Positions 9,154 through 19,250 of a stretch of 64,000 nucleotides of DNA are shown piece after piece. Numbering within the stretch: the stretch's first letter is position 1; every line of letters starts with the position of its first letter. Below the pieces are notes generated by a model. The model had not been told where the DNA came from. It saw nothing but the letters and a program-made list of their open reading frames with translations, and did no database searches. This DNA comes from a virus: IMG/VR virus record IMGVR_UViG_3300042197_002234, positions 1-64,000 of that record; one strand, written 5' to 3'. A program made the position numbers and the translations under genes.

Positions 9154-12100
9154 TTAGATATTCTCAAATGACGCACCTGTAGGTGTAATATAGAATGTTA
9201 TATCAATAAATTCTAATGACCTAGTTGGTTTAATGTAAATTTTACCTGTCATTTGGTTTCTGTCTAAGTCAGCAACATCTGAAGATACTGTTACACGGAA
9301 GTCGTATAAACCACGGTCTCTTCTAATTGCGTCTAAGATAGGATTAACCGCATCTAAGAAATCTTGTCTAACTTTTTGGTCGTTTTGTTCAAACAATAAT
9401 CTAACCGAAACTGCTGAAATTAACTTACGAGCTTGTAATAACAATCTTCTAACGTTAATTCTATCAAGAGCCGACTGTCTAATTTGAAGTGTTTTGTTAC
9501 CCCAAATTACAGTACCGATATCTGAGAATGTTGCGATAGGGTTAATTCTACCTTGATATAATGTATCTCTATCTTCTTGAGTTAACTTCTTACGAGCTTT
9601 AATTGAGTTTACAATACCACGAGTGTAACCCGCCGCTGCGAACCATGGGAAAGCAATGTTATCTGTTAAAGCCAAGTTTCTTGTTACCTCAGCCGTTGGT
9701 GGTAAATAAATCTGAGTGTTATTTACACTGTCACGAGTTAATACCCAAGGATAATAAGTTGCCGTGTAGTTAGAATCGATACCAGTACCGTCTAAGTTAT
9801 CTACCGCTTCTTGAGGGTAAATTAAATCTAAATTACCTTGAGTTGATGGTACAAACATATTGTAGTCAGGTGTTGTACAGATATATAATGAGTCAGCTCT
9901 ATCATTTTCAATCATATCAATAGCACTTTCAACAAGGTCTGAATGGTTAACGTAATCAACACCAGGTGTAACAAATAGATTTATGTTAACCGCTTCAGGG
10001 TTAGCAAAAGTTCTTTGTCCTAACAAGTAAGCGTAGTAGTCAGTGTTTGCGTAGTCTTGTGTGTTATCACCAACAGTAATCTGTTTGAACGCCCCCCAAC
10101 CTGTTGCTGTCGGGTATTTAATTGAAGGACAAGCCCCATTTAAATAACCGTTTCTACCTAATTTAAACCTATCTTGGTTAGTTCTATATTCTCTGTATAT
10201 ATCCCAACCGTCAAAACCTCCTTGACACAATAAAGTAAATTTACGTGCAAAAAGTCTGTAGTATGGGTTTGATTCATTATCAGGGTCTGAAGTAAATGGT
10301 GCACTACCAACATAGAATGCTGGTGTACCACTTGTTACAAATGCGTTTGGTATTGTAATACCACTTGCGTTAATATCCATGTGGAAACCTCTACTTCTAA
10401 ACGCCCAATTTTCACCTGTAGAATCAGTACAAATATCTAAAGGTAATTGTTTACCTTTATATGAGTAGTAATCAACATCGATACCAACTGTGTCTGAAAT
10501 ACCTAAATAAGTTCTACGAACATTATCACCAGCACTTCTTGTAGCGTCATCAGCTCCTGAAGATAAACCAAATGGTGGGTTATATATAACTTCACCAGGG
10601 AAATCATATTTAGCCTTTATAATAGGGAATGGAGGTCTAACACCCGCATACTCTCTAAAATTAAATCCTTCAAAACCACAAGGTAATGCGTCAACTGGTG
10701 CGTCCTCATTAATCTCAATCATAATATACTTAGAGTTTAATTGATATTCACCATCAGTAGTACCAATTTTTTTAGCTATGAATGAGTTATCGTTAGGGTT
10801 CATACTACAATTTGTGAACTTTTCAATAACAACAGGATTCGAGTCAGAATCAAAGAAATCTCTAACTAAAACATCAAAAGTTCCGTTGTTAAATGAAATA
10901 TTTGCAATAGAAACTTTAACTTCAATATTTGCCGCTTCACCATCAGCAATTGTTGTAAATTTAAATAAGTTGTAAACTTTGTTACCTCTTAATTCAGAAA
11001 CAACCCAAGGTGATGTTGGTGATTGATATTGTTCTAAATACCAAGCAATTGATGTTGGGTCATTACCTTGTCTAGCATTTGGTAAAGCGGTTAAATCACA
11101 ACTTAAACCTCTGATAAATCCTTTTCTCCAACCATAGTTTAATAAAGCTTGGAATCTTTCTTCAACAAACAAAGGAACAACCGTTCTTGGTTTTGCGAAG
11201 TTTGAAGTACCAAATACTTTTGGTAGATATTCAGGGTCCGAGTTTTGGAATGATGTTTCAAAGAAGAAGTTTTCACCATCTTTATTAGTTACATTTAATC
11301 CAAAAGTTAAATATGGATTTTTAGTTACACCTGAGTATTGACCTGTACAATCCATAGTGACATCAGTTAAACCTGACACTTCGTATACTGGACCATTATC
11401 AGTACTATAAGTCGCTAAACCTCTTGAACGAAGAGTTGCAATTACTAAATCGTCATAGTCGGTATAAGCAGTTCCTGAGAAAACATATATTCTACCAATC
11501 AAAGTACCTGTATAACAATTAACAGGTGTTGCGGTAGTTGTAGTTGTCGTACTAGTCGAAGTTGGAGTAACACAAGGATTAGTTGTAGTTGTTGTAGTTG
11601 TTCCACTTGATGTTGTAGTTGTTGTTGTACTTGGTGGTGTTAAGGTTAAACCTGTAACAATACTCCAAAACGAATAACCTGTATATGAGGCATTTCCTAA
11701 ATTATCAAATAAAGCATAATACCATGGGTCATTTTGTGGTGCTGCGTAATTAATAACTGAAGCATCCACACTATCAACACCAAACACATTTGTTTCAGCA
11801 GTAAATACAGGACTAAATCCACTATACGTATCACCTGAAATTGCACCGTAATAGTAAATTGACGAGTTCTCTAAAGTATTATCGTTTAAAATATCAAATA
11901 TTTGGTCCTGCATATTTGTTCTTAAAGTAGATGTACTACCGTCAAACAATTCATAAGGAATATCAATTCTATTAGCAATAACTGCAGGAATCTGACTTGT
12001 ATCTGTAAATGATATTGAGTTTATACTGTTTGTACAACCTGAGAAATCTATCGCAAAATCAATGGTTAAGAAATCGTTACATGCTGGTTCACAGTTTACT

Positions 12101-12489
12101 ATAACAGGGTCTTCACAATAGAAGTCCACGGTAGCTGGGTCCACATTTGCTTTTGTGGTTATAGTCCACGATGGTCCAGCGTCGTAACCTGATAATCCTA
12201 ATATTCTTGTTACGAACAATTGATTAGATTGTTGTAAATAAGATTTAGCTATATAAGCTGCCTCATACTTAGGTATTTGAGTGTTAATGAATTTTTCTGG
12301 TGAAGTATCTCCAAAGTATGTAGAAAATTCATCAAAGTTTGTGATAAAAATAGGTTCAAATGCTGGTCCTTTTTGAGTTTCACCAACAATACCTAAGGTT
12401 GTTACCCCAACACTTTGAGCTACAAAACTTAAATCTACTTCAGATGTATACACACCAGGTGATACGAATACTTTACTGTTTGTTGCCAT
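9154..12489 (-). CDS. Tail sheath protein (T4 gp18-like) with large insertions
   Basis: N-terminus VFVSPGVYTSEVDLS; C-terminus PWFAAAGYTRG, LYQGRINPI, WGNKTL, RINVRRLL, IKPTRSLEFI. Confidence 0.95.
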   Translation of the reverse strand: MATNSKVFVSPGVYTSEVDLSFVAQSVGVTTLGIVGETQKGPAFEPIFITNFDEFSTYFGDTSPEKFINTQIPKYEAAYIAKSYLQQSNQLFVTRILGLSGYDAGPSWTITTKANVDPATVDFYCEDPVIVNCEPACNDFLTIDFAIDFSGCTNSINSISFTDTSQIPAVIANRIDIPYELFDGSTSTLRTNMQDQIFDILNDNTLENSSIYYYGAISGDTYSGFSPVFTAETNVFGVDSVDASVINYAAPQNDPWYYALFDNLGNASYTGYSFWSIVTGLTLTPPSTTTTTTSSGTTTTTTTNPCVTPTSTSTTTTTTATPVNCYTGTLIGRIYVFSGTAYTDYDDLVIATLRSRGLATYSTDNGPVYEVSGLTDVTMDCTGQYSGVTKNPYLTFGLNVTNKDGENFFFETSFQNSDPEYLPKVFGTSNFAKPRTVVPLFVEERFQALLNYGWRKGFIRGLSCDLTALPNARQGNDPTSIAWYLEQYQSPTSPWVVSELRGNKVYNLFKFTTIADGEAANIEVKVSIANISFNNGTFDVLVRDFFDSDSNPVVIEKFTNCSMNPNDNSFIAKKIGTTDGEYQLNSKYIMIEINEDAPVDALPCGFEGFNFREYAGVRPPFPIIKAKYDFPGEVIYNPPFGLSSGADDATRSAGDNVRRTYLGISDTVGIDVDYYSYKGKQLPLDICTDSTGENWAFRSRGFHMDINASGITIPNAFVTSGTPAFYVGSAPFTSDPDNESNPYYRLFARKFTLLCQGGFDGWDIYREYRTNQDRFKLGRNGYLNGACPSIKYPTATGWGAFKQITVGDNTQDYANTDYYAYLLGQRTFANPEAVNINLFVTPGVDYVNHSDLVESAIDMIENDRADSLYICTTPDYNMFVPSTQGNLDLIYPQEAVDNLDGTGIDSNYTATYYPWVLTRDSVNNTQIYLPPTAEVTRNLALTDNIAFPWFAAAGYTRGIVNSIKARKKLTQEDRDTLYQGRINPIATFSDIGTVIWGNKTLQIRQSALDRINVRRLLLQARKLISAVSVRLLFEQNDQKVRQDFLDAVNPILDAIRRDRGLYDFRVTVSSDVADLDRNQMTGKIYIKPTRSLEFIDITFYITPTGASFENI

Positions 12490-12582
12490 TAGTCTTTTTG
12501 TTTTCTTGTTTTATTTTATTTTATAAATAAATATCCACTAAAAAACCAAAATACTTTACATTATATGAAGTATTTATAAATT

Positions 12583-12608
12583 AGGCAGATTATTTTCTGC
12601 CTTTTTTC
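12583..12608 (+). promoter_or_regulatory. Inverted repeat / terminator-like hairpin in the leader of the small RHH-like gene
   Basis: AGGCAGA-TTATTT-TCTGCCT followed by a T-tract, between TATTTAT (12571) and the ATG (12613). Confidence 0.5.
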
Positions 12609-12612
12609 TACC

Positions 12613-12777
12613 ATGAAACAGAACGAAAAGAAGATAAAAAATTTAAAGATTTCGGTTGAGGTTCACGATGTTTTAAAAACCTATTGTGAAAGGAGAGGTA
12701 TTAAGATGTATAAGTTTTTAGAGAAACTTATTCTTGAGAAGTGTAAAGGTAAACCTGATATCTACGGTGAGAATTAA
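12613..12777 (+). CDS. Small ribbon-helix-helix-like DNA-binding protein (54 aa)
   Basis: Hand-translated: MKQNEKKIKNLKISVEVHDVLKTYCERRGIKMYKFLEKLILEKCKGKPDIYGEN*. Shows the beta-strand/helix/G/helix pattern. Too short for the ORF track. Confidence 0.6.
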   Translation: MKQNEKKIKNLKISVEVHDVLKTYCERRGIKMYKFLEKLILEKCKGKPDIYGEN

Positions 12778-13811
12778 ATAACTAAATTAATTAGTTGTAT
12801 AGTACTTTCTTGAGTATTGTCATTTTTGGTTACAACCAATCTTAAAACATCACCAGTATTTATTTGTATTTCACTAATATCAGAACCATAATAATCGTTA
12901 TTAATGAAAACATCAAAAGTATCAACATTTGAAATATCTCCAATTGTGATATCTGTAGTATAGTCAAATAATTGATTAACAGTGTTGTTACCAACAACAA
13001 ACAAAGCCTCTAATGATACTTTTTTATTGTCTACTAAAATCTTTTTTTGTTTTTTAGTTGAACCCAATTCAAATTCAACAACCTGTAATACTCTTGAAAC
13101 TGCAGGTGAAACTTCAAACTCATCTTCATCAATTAAAAAACCTAACATTGTGAATTCATAGTTTTGAATATAATATTTTCTTTTTTCTAATTCCATTACA
13201 GATTCGTCTGAAATATTATTCATTATTATTGGAATATAATGTCCTTTAATAGTTGAGTAGGCCTGTCTTGATGCAAATTTTTCTAAAACAATTTTATTAA
13301 ATTGATTTAATTCGCGCATTCTATTGCAAATAATTTTAACTTGATAAGTGATATCAACAGGAACTGGTTGGGGTATTTTATAAACATCCATACCATTTCT
13401 TTGTCCGTCCCATGTTGGAACTTGAGCATAAAAATATTGTCTCCTATTAGGTATGTTATAAAGTATTGCAGGATTTGTTCCAAATTTAACTTCAGGAATT
13501 CTAACAACTGTTATAAATGGTGGTTCAACGTTTTTATCTATATTTTGAAAATTCCAAGTTTCGGTAAACTGAGACCAATTTTGTGTTGTTACAATAATAT
13601 CAACCATTGGAATAGTTTTACCTTCAACAACGGTTTTTAATTCTTCTTTAACAAAATCTAAAAACCCTTTGTCCAAATCAGCATGTAATAAAGATTTGGG
13701 TAGAAAAGTACCATCTTTGTTAATTTTATCAAGAAGTTCTTGTCTTCTCGGTAACAAAGTTTTAGGACTTGTTAAAGGTATATGTTTTTTTATTTTTTTA
13801 GGTAATGGCAT
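12774..13811 (-). CDS. Tail completion / sheath terminator protein (T4 gp15-like)
   Basis: PVPVDITYQVKIICNRMRELNQF resembles the gp15 family. Lies upstream of the sheath gene. Confidence 0.55.
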   Translation of the reverse strand: MPLPKKIKKHIPLTSPKTLLPRRQELLDKINKDGTFLPKSLLHADLDKGFLDFVKEELKTVVEGKTIPMVDIIVTTQNWSQFTETWNFQNIDKNVEPPFITVVRIPEVKFGTNPAILYNIPNRRQYFYAQVPTWDGQRNGMDVYKIPQPVPVDITYQVKIICNRMRELNQFNKIVLEKFASRQAYSTIKGHYIPIIMNNISDESVMELEKRKYYIQNYEFTMLGFLIDEDEFEVSPAVSRVLQVVEFELGSTKKQKKILVDNKKVSLEALFVVGNNTVNQLFDYTTDITIGDISNVDTFDVFINNDYYGSDISEIQINTGDVLRLVVTKNDNTQESTIQLINLVI

Positions 13812-13812
13812 A

Positions 13813-15318
13813 TTATTTTAGAATTATCGGGTCTTGTTTAAAAGAAACTTTGTTTTTAGACATAACTTTATAATTTTTATTATCAATAATTACACACTTA
13901 TTAATATTGGCAAATGCTATTTTATCAACTTTTTTCTTTGATGTATAATCCGACATCCCATAAGTACCTACAATATATTCGTCACCTTCGTTTTTAAAAA
14001 AAGTTAAAGGTTTTATTTGATAATTAATTCCGTCAACGGTAACATCGACACCTTGCCATCTATCCATTTTAGAACCATGTGGATAATATTTAATATTCGC
14101 AACACCTAATTTATTAATAAAACTATTAATTGCCTGTCTTTCTAATTTTAACCCATTCTCAATTGATGACCACTGTCTGTTGACTAACAATTTAGTAAAT
14201 TCGTCATCGTTTTCAAATAGATTTGACATCCAAACAACAATATCATCACCTTCACTAATTAAACCTTCCTTTAAATAATCGAAATATTTTAAATAAATTA
14301 ATGAGTGTATTTCAGGTTTTGTATCAAAATAGTTCATTATAGACCAATCTTCATCGGTACCTAATCTTTCACCTATTGTGTAAATACCTCTAAGACCTGA
14401 TGTAAATTCAGAAGATTCGTCAATCCACTCATTGGGAAACGCCAATTCTAAAGCTTTTCTAATATTAGCCGATGTAACACCAATTTTTTCGGATAGTCTT
14501 TCATTTTCTTTAAATTTAAATTTTGGATAAGATAAATCAAAATCTTGTTTTTCAATGTAGATTTTGTTATTTATACTATCAATTTTAATTACTTTTTCAT
14601 CAAAAACAAAATCACCATCACTACCAAAAACTTTTATTTTATTTGGAATTGGTGATTCGTCAGGGACTGATAAAACTTTATTAAAATAATATCTTTTTCT
14701 ACCCCATTTATCATAAAACCCCATAGTCGTATAGGTGTATTTTGTGGACTTTTCTTCAGATTCTTTTAGTACTGTAGATTTAACTTCGTTAATAACAAAT
14801 AATTTATTTTTTAAGTTAATCATATCAACTTCTTTAGCTGTATAAACAGGTTCTTTAGTATTCTTATATACAAAACTATCATGTTTATACGGATTATATG
14901 TTACTATTTTATCAGTCGGTTCTTGTGGTATATTTTCACAAGGATACTGACAATAATCAATTAAATTACCAATAACGAAGGCGTGAACATTTTTACTTTT
15001 TTCTTGTCTAACTCTTTCCTTACCACCTTTTCTAACTCTAAATTCAACATCAGAAAGTTTAACATAATCGGCATGTAAAATTACTTTGGATTTATATGTT
15101 ACAGAAAACGTATGTTTATGTAAGTTATAATAAACCATCACTCTTTTACCTATATACTCATCTTCAGCATTGTCATATCCACAATTATGACATAAATACG
15201 GGTCATCACCCCCATCGGATAATTCCCAATCCCAACCACAATTATCGCAAATAACTTTATCAGAATTTATTTTTTCTAATAATAATTTTATTTGTGATTC
15301 CGTTAAAACTATTTTCAT
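13813..15318 (-). CDS. Modular hypothetical protein: Zn-ribbon, unknown domain, C-terminal PD-(D/E)xK-like domain
   Basis: CDNC...CHNC near the N-terminus; GSKMDRWQGVD...QIKP near the C-terminus. Confidence 0.6.
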   Translation of the reverse strand: MKIVLTESQIKLLLEKINSDKVICDNCGWDWELSDGGDDPYLCHNCGYDNAEDEYIGKRVMVYYNLHKHTFSVTYKSKVILHADYVKLSDVEFRVRKGGKERVRQEKSKNVHAFVIGNLIDYCQYPCENIPQEPTDKIVTYNPYKHDSFVYKNTKEPVYTAKEVDMINLKNKLFVINEVKSTVLKESEEKSTKYTYTTMGFYDKWGRKRYYFNKVLSVPDESPIPNKIKVFGSDGDFVFDEKVIKIDSINNKIYIEKQDFDLSYPKFKFKENERLSEKIGVTSANIRKALELAFPNEWIDESSEFTSGLRGIYTIGERLGTDEDWSIMNYFDTKPEIHSLIYLKYFDYLKEGLISEGDDIVVWMSNLFENDDEFTKLLVNRQWSSIENGLKLERQAINSFINKLGVANIKYYPHGSKMDRWQGVDVTVDGINYQIKPLTFFKNEGDEYIVGTYGMSDYTSKKKVDKIAFANINKCVIIDNKNYKVMSKNKVSFKQDPIILK

Positions 15319-15833
15319 TATAATCCTCTAAATTCATTATCCACAACCGCAGAAGCTACTATTGTTCTATAATAAGGTTTAAACCCTGCGTAAGTGTGTT
15401 TATTGTCTGATATAACCCTTCCATCATTATTTACCGTGTAGTATCTAACCCTATCTTCAGTTTCGTAATATCCAATATAATCACCATAATTTATATCAAT
15501 ATTTAGTTCGTCCAATTGTTTTTGATAAACAGATATTCTAATGTTACCAGGTTCAAATTGCTCTATTTTAGAATTACCTAAATATTTATTTTCAGGTGCC
15601 ATGACTTGGACGTATGCTTTAAATTCTACAGGTGGTAAAAACTTAATTCCATCTTCAACTGTTTCACCATAAACATCATCAGTTTTAGTTTTATACCTAT
15701 CAACTCTATATAAAACCAAAGTAAAATTCATATCACCATATAACCATTCTTCACCCATAGATAGGTCAAGGTTATAATCTTCATAACCGAAAAATTTACC
15801 AATTCGTGTAATGGGTACTTTATTTGTTGACAT
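15318..15833 (-). CDS. Putative neck / head-closure protein (T4 gp14-like)
   Basis: DDVYGETVEDGIKF and DINYGDYIGY. The likely start is MSTNK at 15833, with TATTTAT 4 nt upstream, rather than 15848. Confidence 0.5.
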   Translation of the reverse strand: MSTNKVPITRIGKFFGYEDYNLDLSMGEEWLYGDMNFTLVLYRVDRYKTKTDDVYGETVEDGIKFLPPVEFKAYVQVMAPENKYLGNSKIEQFEPGNIRISVYQKQLDELNIDINYGDYIGYYETEDRVRYYTVNNDGRVISDNKHTYAGFKPYYRTIVASAVVDNEFRGL

Positions 15834-15882
15834 ATTGATAAATATCAAAAAAATTATTATTATTCTAAATAAGGTTTGTCTT

Positions 15883-17652
15883 TTGGAAAATACAACAGGA
15901 AATACTAAACCCCTACTTGAAGTTAGGGCTCTACAAACACTTGATGAATATTCAGGTGCAAATAACTATATAATTAGATTAAAGAACCAAAAAGACGGTA
16001 ATAAAAAATTTTACCCCACTAGAGCTCAATCAGATTACATAATTAATTATCACTGTACTACACCAAAGGTCGCTAAAAAATGGGTTGATTTAGACCCCTA
16101 TTTTGCTAAAAAAATTGCAGATGAAAAACTTTTTACTTTTATACCCGAAAAAGTTTACGTTGAAAAACTATTGGTTGAGAAGGACAAGAGTTATCATATT
16201 TGGGGTTGTTTTTTAGAAAATGAACAACCTTATGATTTTTGGTTACCTAAAGGTGCATTAATTAAAACTCATACTATTGAAAAAGTAGAAATTAATTACG
16301 ATAAGTATTCTCATAGACCCCCGTTATCACATCAAAAAGAAGCTATAGAATTATTAGTCGGCTCTAAAAGATTTATTTTAGCCGATGACATGGGTTTGGG
16401 TAAAACAACATCAACCATAATTGCCGCTTTAGAAACGGGTATTAAAAAAATATTAATAATTTGCCCAGCATCTTTAAAGATAAATTGGCAAAGAGAAATT
16501 GAAAATTACACAGATAGAAGTGTGTATATTGCTGAAGGTAAAAATTTTTCATTGGAGCATGATTTTGTTATTGTAAATTATGATATTCTTAAAAACTTTT
16601 ATGATTTAAAGGATAAAGATAACTCACCAATAACAAAAGGTGAGTTTGATTTGATAATTATCGATGAAGCTCATTACATTCAAAACGCTCAAGCTCAGAG
16701 GACAAAATTAGTTAACAGTTTTGTTAAAAAAGTCAAAAGGTTATGGTTATTAACAGGAACCCCAATGACATCAAGACCTATGAATTATTTCAATCTTTTA
16801 AGCTTGATTGAAAGTCCTGTAGCTCAAAATTGGATGGCGTATGCAATTAGGTACTGTCAAGGATATCAGTTTAATGCGGGTAAAAGAAAAGTTTGGAATG
16901 TTACGGGGGCTTCTAATTTAGAAGAATTAAGAGATAGGACATCTAGACAAGTTTTAAGAAGATTAAAAACCGATGTGTTAGATTTACCAGATAAGATTAT
17001 ATCCCCAGTATACTTGAGATTAAAATCGAAACTATATGAAGGTTTGATGGGTGAGTACTATGATTGGTATGAAAACAAAACAAGTGAGTCTTCTTCTCTA
17101 ACTGTTCAGTTTAGTAAACTTATGAAAGTTAGACAAGTGATTGCCGAAGAAAAAATAAACAACACAATTGAATTAGCTGAAAACATAATTGAACAAGGTA
17201 AGAAGGTTATTATATTTACAAACTTCACTGAAACCTTGAATAAAATTGCCGACCACTTTGGCAAACAATCTGTTAGGTTAGATGGGTCAACATCTAAACC
17301 TCAAAGACAATACGCGGTCGACCAATTTCAAGAAAACGATAAAATAAAAGTCTTTGTTGGTAACCTTAAAGCCGCAGGAGTTGGATTGACATTAACCGCG
17401 GCTGAGGCTGTGATTATGAATGACTTATCGTTTGTTCCGTCTGACCATTCACAAGCGGAAGATAGAGCTTACAGATACGGTCAGAAATCTAATGTATCAA
17501 TATATTATCCAATATTTGAAAATACGATTGAGGGTGCTATTTACGACATTCTCATTAAAAAGAAAAATATATTTGAAACTGTTATGGGAGATAACTTAGA
17601 TAGGGGTGATTTTATAGAAGAGGTGATGAATAGAATTAATCAAAGGAGATAA
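15883..17652 (+). CDS. SNF2-family (SMARCAL1/HARP-like) helicase
   Basis: LADDMGLGKT, DEAH, LTGTP and QAEDRAYRYGQ motifs. Probable TTG start at 15883 (the track uses 15811). Confidence 0.9.
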   Translation: MENTTGNTKPLLEVRALQTLDEYSGANNYIIRLKNQKDGNKKFYPTRAQSDYIINYHCTTPKVAKKWVDLDPYFAKKIADEKLFTFIPEKVYVEKLLVEKDKSYHIWGCFLENEQPYDFWLPKGALIKTHTIEKVEINYDKYSHRPPLSHQKEAIELLVGSKRFILADDMGLGKTTSTIIAALETGIKKILIICPASLKINWQREIENYTDRSVYIAEGKNFSLEHDFVIVNYDILKNFYDLKDKDNSPITKGEFDLIIIDEAHYIQNAQAQRTKLVNSFVKKVKRLWLLTGTPMTSRPMNYFNLLSLIESPVAQNWMAYAIRYCQGYQFNAGKRKVWNVTGASNLEELRDRTSRQVLRRLKTDVLDLPDKIISPVYLRLKSKLYEGLMGEYYDWYENKTSESSSLTVQFSKLMKVRQVIAEEKINNTIELAENIIEQGKKVIIFTNFTETLNKIADHFGKQSVRLDGSTSKPQRQYAVDQFQENDKIKVFVGNLKAAGVGLTLTAAEAVIMNDLSFVPSDHSQAEDRAYRYGQKSNVSIYYPIFENTIEGAIYDILIKKKNIFETVMGDNLDRGDFIEEVMNRINQRR

Positions 17653-17690
17653 AATTAAATTTCAGCTTATTTATAGTAAAATAAGCCAAA

Positions 17691-19229
17691 ATGAAAAAAC
17701 TAGAAAATAAAGTAAAAATCATAAAGGAGCAGATTGTTGAAGTTGAGAAAAACGAAAACAAAAAAATGTTCTTAAATGAAATGAAAAAAATTGGTATAGA
17801 AAAATTGCCATACGCCTATTCAGCATTAAAACAGTTTATTGATGCTGAAACTATGAGTTATCATTATAACAAACATTACAAGGGTTATGTTGATAAATTA
17901 AATAACGCGTTAAAAAAGAAAAAATACGGTGATTTAGAATTAGAACAAATTATTAAATCAATAAGTCGTTTCGATAAAACTATTAGAAACAATGCTGGTG
18001 GAGCTTTTAATCACGCTTTGTTTTGGAAAATGTTATCTCCTGAAACACAAAATCCCACAGGACCTATTTTAGAAAAAATAAAAAAAGATTTTAAAACTTA
18101 CCAAGAGTTTAAAAAGAAATTTGAAGAGATTGCTAAGGAAAGATTTGGTTCTGGTTGGGTGTGGTTAGTTTTAACCAAAAACAATAGATTAAAAGTAGTT
18201 TCAACCCCAAATCAAGATAATCCATTAATGAATGTGATTGAAGATGGTGGTTATCCTTTGTTAGGATTGGATTTATGGGAACACGCATATTATCTAAAAT
18301 ACAGAAATAAAAGAGACGAATACATTAAAAATTTTTGGAAGTGTGTTAATTGGGAGTTTGTTAACAAATTGTACACAATGAAAGTAGAGTCAAAGTTAAA
18401 CGAAAGTGTGACTTTAAAAACAATTCTTTCTGAAGGTAAATCCGAAAGATGTAGTAAAGAAGAAACTGAGGCAATTAGATTTGTGTTCAACGTAAACCCA
18501 ATAATTAAAGACACTTTTAAGTTATCTGTAAACAAAATATTAAAGGAAGTTTTTTCTGAAAATTACTTTGAGGGTGACGAATACGAGATTGGTGAAACCG
18601 CAGGTGTTTATAATTTAGAAAAAGAAGGTCGTTCAGTTATTAACAAACTAAACACTAACTACAGTTGTTTTTGTATAATTTTAAGTGATATTAATAAAGT
18701 TCTAAAAAGCGAAGGACTGGAAGAAATTAAAATAATTGGTTTAACACCCAAAGAACAACTAATACAAACTAAAAAATTGGTAAAACTAATAGATAAATAC
18801 AAGTTTAGAATCTTTGATAGAGAATCAAGTACTTTTCAAAATATCATGAGAGTATTAATTCAGACCGATAGTTGGGGTCAAAAAAGAGAAGATGAAACTA
18901 TTAAAATTTTAAAGAAAAAATTTGGTGAGGAGAATGTAATTGCTGTTGGTAAATTAGGTAGTAAAGAAGATATGATTGGTGGTATTGACTGTGAAATAAT
19001 TATAAAAGGTAGAAAGTTAACCTGTCAAATTAAACCCTTTACATCATTCAAAAAAATTGACAATGAATTGGTTATTTATGGTTCTGCAAATGTAAAAAAA
19101 TATAATACGGACTGGCTAATCTTCACAAAAAATAATAAAGAAGTTTTAATTTTTAGAAATCAAAATACTAAGATTGTTGGGGGTGATTATGTTTTTCCTG
19201 ATAATGATTTAATTTATACTCTATCATAA
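17691..19229 (+). CDS. sodA: Fe/Mn superoxide dismutase (Mn-type signature) fused to a PD-(D/E)xK-like domain
   Basis: LPYAYSAL, HYNKHYKGY, NNAGGAFNHALFW, FGSGWVWL, NQD and DLWEHAYY: all four metal ligands are present. About 270 extra C-terminal residues. Confidence 0.9.
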   Translation: MKKLENKVKIIKEQIVEVEKNENKKMFLNEMKKIGIEKLPYAYSALKQFIDAETMSYHYNKHYKGYVDKLNNALKKKKYGDLELEQIIKSISRFDKTIRNNAGGAFNHALFWKMLSPETQNPTGPILEKIKKDFKTYQEFKKKFEEIAKERFGSGWVWLVLTKNNRLKVVSTPNQDNPLMNVIEDGGYPLLGLDLWEHAYYLKYRNKRDEYIKNFWKCVNWEFVNKLYTMKVESKLNESVTLKTILSEGKSERCSKEETEAIRFVFNVNPIIKDTFKLSVNKILKEVFSENYFEGDEYEIGETAGVYNLEKEGRSVINKLNTNYSCFCIILSDINKVLKSEGLEEIKIIGLTPKEQLIQTKKLVKLIDKYKFRIFDRESSTFQNIMRVLIQTDSWGQKREDETIKILKKKFGEENVIAVGKLGSKEDMIGGIDCEIIIKGRKLTCQIKPFTSFKKIDNELVIYGSANVKKYNTDWLIFTKNNKEVLIFRNQNTKIVGGDYVFPDNDLIYTLS

Positions 19230-19250
19230 TATTTATATAGAAAAGATATT

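Noticed and set aside
15811-15848. Apparent head-to-head overlap of the helicase and neck genes
   Set aside because: An artefact of longest-ORF starts; starts at 15833 (ATG) and 15883 (TTG) give a normal 49-nt divergent gap.
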